DNA of 64,000 nucleotides. Source: Antedon mediterranea (lineage: Eukaryota; Animalia; Echinodermata). The DNA lies in assembly GCF_964355755.1 (NCBI RefSeq), contig NC_092677.1, positions 7,896,101-7,960,100 of the forward strand. The letters are read 5' to 3'. The position numbers and the translations under genes are program-made. The notes beneath the pieces are model-generated. The model was not told the DNA's origin. It saw only the letters and a list, made by a program, of their open reading frames with translations, and did not search any database. Below are positions 40,601 to 51,900 of this stretch, piece after piece; position 1 is the first letter of the stretch, and each line of letters begins with the position of its first letter.

Positions 40601-42194
40601 CTAATAAAATTTGTGTATCATGCTGCTGAATGTAATGTGCAGAGTACATGCCATAATAACATAATAATACTGTTTAGACATTTTTACAAGGTTTTCTTGA
40701 TTTTCTTTTGTGCTTGCTATTCTCCTATATTTCATAATTTTTTTCATAATCATTTTCTTGCCCAACGGTTATGACTGGCACAGGCGTCAGAGGGTGCTAC
40801 TTTCCGTTCAATTTCTTATTTAAAATCATAACTTAACTGTTCTATTATGAGTGAAGGTTTGTACAAACTAAATAAAGTACTGTAAATGCTAGACAACCAT
40901 TTTATAATAATACTCTATTTTTTTCTTGTTATGCCCATAATATTTTTGTAACCAGACTCCATTTCCGAATATCTCGATTTATCGTCTCATCTCGTCTTTT
41001 CTATGCTTTTACTTGTTTCTCTTGATTCATTAGATTGCGTTATTATTTACTAGTACAAACTAGTACTTGCTGTGTATGTTTGTTAGAACCATAGCAACTA
41101 CCATTTTTAAGTTATAACTCTGAATTTTGCGATGTAAATAGGTATATACTTATAGAACATACATGAATTGAAAAATAAACTTCACAAATAAAAAATAAAT
41201 AACAATGTGTATTCTTTAATGATGGGCCGAAATATCAACATGTGCCCTTTGTGGCAATTTGTCAAGTGCCTCACTCAGTTTCTACGTGCTTTCATTTTAT
41301 TCATTACTACTAACAGGACTAGCCCCAAGTTGTGATCTTGACTGTCAACACGGTGGTGAATGCTACCTGGATGAAGAAGACTGGAGAGTACAAAGATGTG
41401 ACTGTCCATATGGATGGACAGGCGAAGTTTGCGAAATAGGTGAGAAGAAGAAAATAAAACAAAGGATGATTGTGAATGAAGATAAACAACGATAAAGACA
41501 TTTACGCTAAAGATGACAACAACGATGAAAACAAAACGGATGATGACAATAAAGGATAAAAATGATAACAATGACAAAAAGGATGACATTGACAAAGTGA
41601 TGACAATGACAAAGATGATAATTGGATAAAAAAGATGACAATTGACAAACATGATGACAATGACAAAGATGATAACAATGATGAAAATTGATAATGATGC
41701 TGATAATTTGCAACAAAGATGATAATTACAAAAATGATGAAAACGACAAAGGTGATTAAAATGACAAAGATGATGACAATGACAAAATGATGACAATGAC
41801 AAAAATGATGACAATGACAAAGATGATGACAATGAAAAAATGATGACAATGAAAAAAATAATGATAATGACAAAGCTGATGACAATAACAATGATAAAGA
41901 CAAAATGATGAGAATTGACAAATATGATCACAATTGACATTAAAATTACAAAAATGATGAAAATTATGACAATGAAATGATGATGAAAATTGATAAGGAT
42001 GATTCCGAGGTTAATCATGATGGAAATAGCAGTAAAATAAACGTATGGTGGGCATGGGAATGATGAATATTTATAAAGTGGAAAGTGATGTTCGTGTGCG
42101 TACAGTCTTGTACCGTACTTTTCATTGAACTAGTACAAGACGTTAATTGATTTTTTTTGTCCATTTTTTAGTGACTGGCTACTGCAACTGTTGA
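34652..42194 (+). CDS. Gene D: divergent CAP-domain + hinge + EGF protein (~281 aa) lacking the conserved CAP histidines
   Basis: Exons 34652-34900, 39293-39547, 39765-39853, 40470-40576, 41317-41439, 42172-42194 (846 nt, in frame); second copy of the last exon at 42443-42465. CAP motifs read CNSGNG, GQNAF, CTSYKQVIWAST, CNYAISAN; tail VTGYCNC*. Confidence 0.9.
36720..37750 (+). mobile_element. Highly decayed L1/Tx1-like LINE 3' region
   Basis: Remnant peptides EFLWN.K, GGINMPDF..QVKALK and a C-terminal C..C..PE....H-like remnant; many stops and frameshifts. Confidence 0.45.
41440..42020 (+). repeat. Degenerate (GAT/GAC/AAT)n low-complexity tract in the last intron of gene D
   Basis: Repeated gatgacaatgacaaa units; shorter homologous tracts follow the EGF exon in B (~22285-22420), C (~31175-31640) and E (~51715-51830). 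Confidence 0.85.
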
Positions 42195-42570
42195 CCTACT
42201 GTACAAGATAAGAAATCAATAAAAATAAAAATAACATGTCTAGTTTTAAAATGTTTCGGTACTACTCGGTATTACTGTATGGAAGTGGTCTCTCTAATCG
42301 TAAAATAAACGTATGGTGGGCATGGGAATGATGAATATTTATAAAGTGGAAAGTGATGTTCGTGTGCGTACAGTCTTGTACCGTACTTTTCATTTAACTA
42401 GTACAAGACGTTAATTGATTTTTTTTGGTGTCCATTTTTTAGTGACTGGCTACTGCAACTGTTGACCTACTGTACAAGATTAGAAATCAATAAAAATCAA
42501 AACAACATGTCTAGTTTTAAAATGTTTCGGTACTACACGGTATTACTGTATGGAAGTGGTCTCTCTAGGC
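42032..42570 (+). repeat. Tandem duplication (~268 bp x2) containing the last exon of gene D
   Basis: gtaaaataaacgtatggtggg...ggtctctcta at 42032-42296 and 42300-42567, with few mismatches. Confidence 0.92.
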
Positions 42571-43133
42571 CTAATCGTATTTTAGTTATAAGTAGCTTTT
42601 TGTCGTCAACCTTAATTAAAAAAATCACTGTATTTGTATCACATAATTTTGTAGTTAATCACTTATAAAATTATTATTTTATAATTACGGTATATTAAAT
42701 AATTATGTGAAGAAACCATGTTAAGAAAATAAATGTTTTATATATATATATGAGAATAAAGGTGGGCGATACCCACAACAGAGAGAAAAATGTTAACTTC
42801 CGTTGAAACAAGGCCAAAGACATGGCTGCAGTCGCGTGCTCAAGTTGTTTACCGACCAACCGATCGACCGACCTACCGACCGACATAGTGAGCTGTAGAG
42901 TAAAAAACGAACAATTATCAAATAAATGGTTAAATTCAGCCAAAACCTCATTGGCTGGCATTCAATTTAACTGTTGTTTTGAATACAGTTGTATTGAAGT
43001 AAATCATTTTTGTTTTGAGTTGATTGGAGGTTTCCACAAACAATCCATTCCGATGAACTGACGAATAACTGACTGTATAAGGTATATTGTAAACGATACT
43101 GTGGTATAAGAAATAGATTACACGAGCACTTAA

Positions 43134-45619
43134 AGATGTATTGTCCCCCTGAAAAAATTTTTTTTTTCAATATTTTTGTTGAATAGGCCATTTTAATTGC
43201 ACATAAAAGTTATTCACTTTGACCTCAATTTGGATTGAAAAAAATAATTTTTTACACGGGAAAATCGCAATTTAATGCAAAAATTAACCAACCGGAAGCT
43301 ATTTGTCTGGAAGACAAATGTGTTCCGGTTTAATTTAACCCTTGACCTGAGTTAGCTCATAAATATTCATATTGTATGGATACATCATGTGGATGATGAT
43401 GCTTTCGAAATCAACAGCCAACAACGATAGCAATGCATGCGTGCGAGAGAGTCGAGTAGTGATGCGAGACGAATCTTGAAGAAAACACGAAAACTATAGC
43501 TAGCAGAATGCTAAGTTAGAATTACAGTTGGTAACTTTGATGTTGAATCTTATTCATTTAGGTGAGTTTTTGTTTCGCTAACAGGAGAGGCCTAGCTAGG
43601 CCTAGGCCCGAATTTGCTGCTACTGTACTACTACTAGTCTACTACTACTACTGTACTAGCACTGACAGTCTCGAGTAGCCTAACTGCTGCCTACTTCTTT
43701 CTCTAGAAGTAGAGTGTAGTAGGCCTAGGCAGTACACTGCTAGCTAGGGCTGCAGTAGACCACCACCAGAAGGGATGTATTTTTGTTTTAATCATGATGA
43801 ATTGGTTTAATTTTTAAAGATTTCAACTATCTATTCGGCAGTGAAAATAAAAAAAAAAAGAAAATCTTAATATTGTTTTGGATGTTTTACTGATGCAATA
43901 TTTAAAAAATATTTTCTGTATCAAATGCAATAGGTTCAAATTAACATTCCGCAAATAAACATTTTATGCAGATATTTTGACACAAATTTCTTTTTTTTTT
44001 TAGGTTGATTGATTGAACAATAAGAGCAAGTAGTGAGAAACATAAAATGTATCGTACAGTGGCAACATTCACAATTTATTGAAACGTTTCTTACTATTAA
44101 AATGACACTTTGTAATGGATGTGAGCGATCTTAGAAGACTATAGCTGTCGTAATTACTGCCATTAATCAACACATTGATAATTAGTAGACAAATTGACAC
44201 AACAAACAATACAGGAATTCAATAAGATATACTGTATATATATATTTTATTAACTCCTTTTGAACTGTAATATTTACAGTAAAATTATGAAGTGTAAGTA
44301 AATTTGAAGAATTTATCCTGTGTACTGAACTGTTGTAGTAGGTTTTTTTTTATTTATTGAATGTTATGTTTACAAAATAATATACTGTACATATAATACA
44401 AAAAAAATTATACAATATTTTACAAGCTGGAAAAGAACATATTGGCCGAATGCAGCAGGAGAGTCAGAAATATTTTTCCTGCAATATCCAATCATATTCC
44501 AATACCGAGTCTATCATTGTTGTCTTTGGGTGACCTCTGTTCCAGTCTTCATCAGCTCAACGTCTTTAAAAAAAGTGAAAGAAAAGTATGAAAATCTGGA
44601 AAAAATAGATCATGCATATTTGGTGCAAAATTGGGCTAGTGAAATTGCTTACTTTGACATAGTCAAATAAGTATACTACCTTTCTATGGTAATTAAAACA
44701 TTACTTATAATGTTATAACTTATAAAAAGAGAAAATAAATATTTGACTTACTACAGTACAGAGAACATTTGTTGTTTGTGTTGTAAAATGGCTAAGCTGG
44801 CTTTTCCCCTCTGTCTACTTGTACAGTGCTGCTGGAAGGTTCTCAATTTCAGGCTTGTATTGCAACCATTTTCCCTGAAAAATGTTTGTTTTATTTTTAT
44901 CATAAAAATTTTTTAAATTAAACAAGCTTCAACTGTAAATATATATGGTACAGCAAGCTGGCTGTATTTTTGGAATGTAGCTAAGATTGATGGCATATAG
45001 CCTAGGCCAGTCTATGAAGAGTACAATGTATAGGGCCTAGCTGGGCATCTTCTGCAGGTACCCGATTGTCACAGTCTGCTTGCTACTAGCCTAGTAATAT
45101 GCAGCAGCATGTATTAATTATTCTAGGCCTAGCCCTGAACTGAAAAAATCCCAGGCTAAGTTAATTAATTTACCTTCCTGTTATTATTGCGTTATATATA
45201 TTATTATATTTAAAATAACCGTCTAGGCCTACTTACCGACAAATTAAAAGCTCAGCTTTACATATTACGATCAGGCCAGGGAAACCCACATAACACTAAA
45301 CAGTCGAATCGCGTCGATCTCTCTGGTGGTGTTGTTGTACATACAACGTGCATCGTCCATTGTTAGATCAGATCTCTGCTGTGTGGATGCTCATTAACAT
45401 ATCATGCATATGTATGAGTTAGCTCTACCGGCCTAATTTCTGAGCCGATGAGTTCCAAAAAATGGTAAACTTATTTTGATTTTTTTATAAGCGAAATCAA
45501 TATTTTTTTCGGATTTTTTTTCGGTGGAAGCGAATAACTTTATGTTAACTACAAAACGGTTTATTCAAAATTTGATTTTTTTCATCTTTATTTTTCATTT
45601 TTTGGGGGACAATACATCT
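43134..45619. mobile_element. 2.5-kb Kolobok-like non-autonomous DNA transposon between genes D and E
   Basis: ttaa|AGATGTATTGTCCCCCTGAAAA ... TTTTTGGGGGACAATACATCT|ttaa; no long ORF. Confidence 0.75.
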
Positions 45620-45973
45620 TTAACATGGTGATTCGGATCAGATCCGTTCAATGCACACGGTTAATAAAAACACTACAATAAACTTCCATCTCAGTTAAAC
45701 AATGACAAACAAAATGCAATCTTACTAAAAGTCCTGACGTCCAGGTCAATACGAAGGTGAAAATAACTGACTTTGCGCAAATGTTTTGTGACTCCCGCCA
45801 TTTCGTAATCCCTACAATAACAATTAATATCCATTGATAGAGCCCATTATCATTATTAAAGGTCATGGAAGCTGCCCACGAAATGGACTTTTTACAATAT
45901 GCAATTCTAGGGTGCCGTATTCTGTCATTATTTTATTTTTAACTTTCGACCAAATCGGACACATCCCACAAAA

Positions 45974-48900
45974 ATGCAGCACGATTTGGTTATCACGATA
46001 ATTGCGCTTTCCGTTATCGCCCATGTTGCGGCATTAGAAAAGCCACATAAACTAAAGTCAAATGAGCCTGGTATAAGAAGTCATAACCTCGAAAGACGAC
46101 GAAGAAATGCGGGAAGTCTCACCAACTTTATCCCTGAGGAAATTGAAGCTATCGTTGATCTTCACAATCAATACAGAAGGGAAGTTTCACCAGGACCAGC
46201 ATCAGATATGCTATACATGGTACGTATAATATTAATATTCGAATTCCAAAATCAAGCTACTGTACCTATCCACATCTGAATATCGCTTTTAGCGCGTTCT
46301 ATCTGTTTACAAATAAAAGATGATCTTTCCTATACCTGGTGACGGAAAAGATAGATTTACTAAGACCTAATGAATGTTGATGTACAAATTCGATAGTCAA
46401 TTATAGACTTAATAATTTATATTATATTTATTAATTACAACACTATGTAGCCATTGTATATACTTTATTTCATGATGCTTGTGACATTATTTTCTCGTGT
46501 GGTTAATCCAGGGAAGAGTTAATTTAACTCTTCCCTGGTTAATCATTCCCGTTTTTTTTTTTCAAACTTAAATGTTTAAATAAAAAATAAATAAAAATCA
46601 TTATACAAATCTATCACATGCAAAAGGTAACAGCTCTAGAACAGAGTTCTACATATACTGCAAATACATTTTCAACACTTTTTTTTCAATCTATAGGAAT
46701 GGAATGGCGAATTGGCGGACTTGGCACAGCAATGGGCCGATACGTGTCCTTTTGAAAATGGAAACTTGGACAACGATTACCCTGATCCAATTGGTCAGAA
46801 TGCATATGGACTCCCCCGTATAGTAGATTCAGAACGACCTGATACTATAGGAACGGAAGCAACGGAAAATTGGAATTTTGAGAACGAGTATGACTATAAT
46901 TCCACCATTTGCTCAGTCGGAATTTCTTGTGATAAATACAAGCAGGTACATTACTGTCTTTTCTCGTCTTTGATATGCCATTAAAGTCAGATGCGGGCAA
47001 ATAATATGTATTGTCTTCCAAAATCAAGAAAGTTAAAGATTTATAAAATCATACATTTTGCAGTTTTAATTAACCTATTCAATTTCATAGCGAAAAACGG
47101 AAAAATAATGATTTCACTTTATAGAAAGACCAAATAAACAGTTAAATTTAACGAAAAACCCATTGTCTGAGAGACAAGTATTAATTTGACTATTTTATAT
47201 CCTCTCAGAATGATGGGGCAGTAGAACTACAGTAAAAACAGTTATTGCACCTGTATGTGTTGCGACATCACGTTATTTGATTTATAGAATTTTGAACCAA
47301 ATTTGGCTGTGTCTAGCTAGCTTTTTTTTAAAGTGATCTAATAAAGGTGTGTAGGTCAATTAATTGTTTTTATATCATCTATAGGTAATATGGGCTTCAA
47401 CAAATAACATCGGCTGTGGCATGAGCACATGTTCGGGAACCAATACTATCGTAATATGTAACTACGGACCAAGGTAATAACAACTTCCTGTGTTCATGTG
47501 CGTGCAATGTACTACCTAGTTTTGAGGATGGATCGAGATAATGCGCACGTACAGTAAATAATGCGATCAAATGGCAAGGATAAGCTAAAGGCCCATTTAC
47601 ACTGTAAATATAATAGCATGCCTTTTTTACATAAAACAAAAGAAATTAGAAAGGTTTTCGTTCTAGAAAAATAGGATAATAATTTATGCTGTCTTTGATA
47701 TAAATAATATTTCACTCGCGTACCATCTAGGTTGTGCCCACAGATGGTTCTCGAATACACAGTAATTTCAGCGGGGGAAAAACTGGCGTTTACAGAAACA
47801 AATAAATAGACACGATGATGTTTGTAGTTAACTAAACCGAAAGAGAAACTTGTCACAAAATGAGTCCATTTTTGGTTTGGACTCATTTAAACAAACCCAA
47901 TTTGTGTTTTTTTTTATGTAACATTAGGGTTGAGTGAAAGGAAGAGGAATTATATTCTTTATACATTCGGTAACTAAGATATTTTTTATGTTTTATAGGC
48001 CTATAAATATACCACTAAATACAGTAAAACATTTGCGATTTAATACTTTATTAAAACTGTCACTATCATAGTCGATTGAAATAGTAGAGTACATGCAACG
48101 ATACACCACTATGACGTTTATATTATTTTCCAATAATTAATTAATACAAACGTTTTATATGTGTTTATATTTTTAACAGTACCCACACTCACAGAAATTT
48201 GCGATTGAAATGGTGATCAAAAATGGTTAATACGTATTTACAGTATTATCAAAGTATTACAATACTATATCTCAAGGTTTTAAGTTTATCCAAAGGGCCC
48301 ATAAATTTAACTTATTTTTAAATTTAACCAAATAATTATACTGGGAGAGTGAGAGATTGGAACGTTCCATTCATTGCCAATCAATACATTTGTATACACG
48401 TATATTAAATCTATCAAAATAGTAATTTTTAAAGAAAATCTGCCTTTCTTTAACATTATAAGGCCAAAAAAAAAAAAAAGTTTGTTTGCTGTCATCCGCC
48501 GCCCCTAATTTCGCCAAAAATTTGGGGCGGAAATAAGAAAAAGTTTTTTTTTTACGTTGAGGGCGCTTTAAAAAAAAAGTTTTTTAAATGATTTTTTTTG
48601 GCCGAAAAGGTGTAAAAATCGAGTGTGCGAGGATGAAACAATAAAAATAATAACGTAGCGTATATTTCGGTGTATAATCGCACTTTTGACACGCAAATTT
48701 AACCTCTAAATTAAGGGTGCGTCTTATACACCGAACATAAATGCCTCAACACACAGATCGCCACCTCGTTGGCTAGGCCTGGGCTTTTTAAGGTAAGGCC
48801 TAGGCCTATTAGTATTACTAAAGTCTGAAGGTTAAGAGTAGGCCTAGCCTAGCTACAGTATACTAGCGTAACAGCAACCTTCTAGTTTTCAAGGCATTTT

Positions 48901-51900
48901 AGCGTGATTTTGTACCCTTCTTGTTGAGGCTGGGCGCGGCCGGCCGTCTTATAGGCCTACATCGACGATATACAAAATACCGATATTTTACTCTCAGTTA
49001 GGGGTCGGGTGCGTCTTATTATACACAGGTGCGACTTATACACCGAAATATACGGTACACAAACTTCTAAAAATTAAAATATTTAATTAGGCCTGCTAAC
49101 AACGACCTATTGTAGTAGTAGGCCTAGCCTAGGCTAGTTTAGACACGGGGCCTAACTAACGCGCCAAAAACAGAATTAAAGTGTGAAACAAATTATGAAT
49201 AGATGTTTGAGCTCGTTGTTTTATTCAGTGTGTTTTGTTACTCTCAAATTCGCGAGCAATTAACAGAGAAATTAACATTAAAAAAAAAAAACAAAAAAAA
49301 AAAAACTTTTTTCCACCCGCCCCCCCTACCAAAAAAAAAACTTGACAGCAAACAAACAATTTTTTTTTTAGGCCTAATGCTGTACTCGAGCTCGGTTTTC
49401 ATCTACTAAAAACAATTATCGTAGAAGGAGAAGCATCCTCGTATTATTGTGTGCGGGTATTTTTAGGGATAGACATCCATTTGACAGTGTATACCACCTC
49501 ATTTTGAGGCAAATCGTTGAACCTAAATTCGTTTTAATTGTCAGTAACTAATTATTTAACTCAATTTAATTAGTAAACAAGGCTACATTACGTGGTTAAA
49601 TCAGTAGGCCTACCGAAAGTATGAACCAACTGTATATACTATCGAGTAAAAATTCTAGAAGTAACGCGCGATTTACTGAAAATTGCCCTTACGTAAATAT
49701 ATATAATTATAGATTACTTTAAATAAATTAATCTATAATTATATTACAATCATGAATCATTCCTGCAAAATGTGCCAAATAGAAAAAAAAACTATACTCG
49801 TTTTTTTATACACGAATACGCATTACGAATATGAAATGGGGATCAGCTCAAATGTTTCACAAATGTGTGACGTATCCGTTTTCGTATTCGTAAGGTTGTG
49901 AAACCTCCCTAATATTGTGCATTTTAAAAGTTGAAAGTTCTTTTTAATCTTAAAGCTCCAATTCCCTCTTTATTCCCAGCGCAAACTTGACTGCTGACGA
50001 GCGGCCATATCAAATTGGTGAGTCCTGTTCAGAATGTTTAGCAAACACTGGGGATGGGGTGTGCGACGATGGCGGATGGGGTGTGCGACGATGGCGGATG
50101 GGGTGTGCGACGATGGCGGATGGGGTGTGCGACGATGGGGTGTGCGACGATGGCTTATGTCGTAAGTAGAACATAGTGATTATTACACATATCATGTCAC
50201 TAATAATAGAGAACAAACATGTTCAATGTTTACCAAACTTTCCAATTTAATTGTGTTAGTTACTTATATTACAAAAAGCATTGTGTATAGGGTTAGATCC
50301 ATCTCGGCCGCCGGATTAAAAAACCAAACAAAACCAAATTGGGCTATCTAATCCAATCAATATATTGTATAATGTATGGTTTTTTCTTCGTTTTAAAAGG
50401 TTATGGCAGGGTGAACTTAGTTTTGTCCGCTAAGATTCCCTAATTAATATGCATTACGTAACTATTTTATTATTGTGTTGATATAATAATAAAATATGAT
50501 AATATATGCGGTACACCACGTATATATAGTTCTGAAAAGAATGGTTGAGTTTCTCGACGTTTTGATCAATATACTTCGATCGTCACGGCCAACTTTATTA
50601 TACAACATGTTCTTCCAAAATGAAATAAAGTTGTGGTGTTACAGTATGCTACAGTCGTCGTATATTATTTTCTTATTCTAGTTTTATATTATACAGATAT
50701 TGACTGCTTAGAGGTTAAATATAAGATTTGACATCCCCGAGGGAATGATATTAAGTTCGAAGGAATATATATTTCCCGAAGCGCCAGACAGAAGAATTTC
50801 CATCAATAAGCCTATTAATAATAATATTATAATCAGGTAGGCCGAATAAACAATTCGTTCTTCTCTTCGAGGAGCCGAATCACCGGATGTTAGGTTACTA
50901 CCGTGAGTATTGACCAATCACAAACGGTGTTTCATCACATTTAGGGTGGACTAATAACAAATGAGGGCGCTATGTATGCATAGCTTAAATAGTTTAGAAG
51001 ATTAATTTCTTCAAGCAAGTTCCGTGGCGCAAGCGTTGTCTTGTGATGGAGCGACAATTGCATCGCAAGTTCAAGACCCAGTAGATGACTTTTGTTTATT
51101 TATCGGCAAACGCGAGTGTTGCACGCGAAAATTACACAGTCAATATCATCGTACTCGAGAATTTATATGATTAATGACAGGGGACACGATAATTACGCGA
51201 AAATTACACAGTCAATATCATCGTTCTCGAGGATATATACGATTTACGATCCTCGCAGCGGTAGTCATGTGATGCAGTTTCAACCAATCACGTTCGCGTA
51301 TTTACATAGGCTATGTAATATATACAAATATTAATGATACTGTAGGCCTATACATGTATTGTAATGCATTTCCTTTAACACATTTTTCGACTTGGCATAT
51401 CCAGTTATTAGCATTAGCGTTTTAATAGCGATCTCTACAGTATAAGCTAGATGTATAGTGTTTTTTTAGCACTTCTCCCCCTTCTTCCCCCTTCTTCCCC
51501 CTTCTTCCCCCTCCACTATCTCTCTTGTTTTTTTTCAAATCCGATTTAGTTGATTGCTTTATTTTTCGTTACTTGTAACAGGACAAACCCCAAGTTGTGG
51601 CCTTGAATGTCAACACGGTAGTGAATGCTACTTGAATGAAAAAGATGTGGGGGGGGGGGGGTAGAGAAGTGTAACTGTCCATATGGATTCACAGGCAAAG
51701 TTTGCCAACAAGGTAAGAAGATGAGGAGGATGATGATTATGTGGATGATTGATAAGAATGACAATTATAACGACGGTGATTACAATAATGACGATGGTGA
51801 AATTACGATGATGACGATGAAGTGAAGATGTGATCAGTTTAGCTTTCGTTTAGTAATGCGTAATGTTTCTACTTTTTGCGATGCGAACAATTCGAAACCA

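Larger units (their letters stand above)
47715..49703 (-). mobile_element. Older Helitron H1 copy (minus strand) in intron 3 of gene E, split by nested MITEs
   Basis: 47715-47757 is the reverse complement of the H1 3' end; 49380-49703 is the reverse complement of the H1 5' end (ttgcccttacgtaaat). Confidence 0.78.

Noticed and set aside
41275-42018. 247-aa hydrophobic minus-strand ORF and overlapping His/Cys-rich ORFs
   Set aside because: Antisense translation of the GAT/GAC/AAT tract and the EGF exon; the same artefact gives 22257-22493 and 31434-31706.
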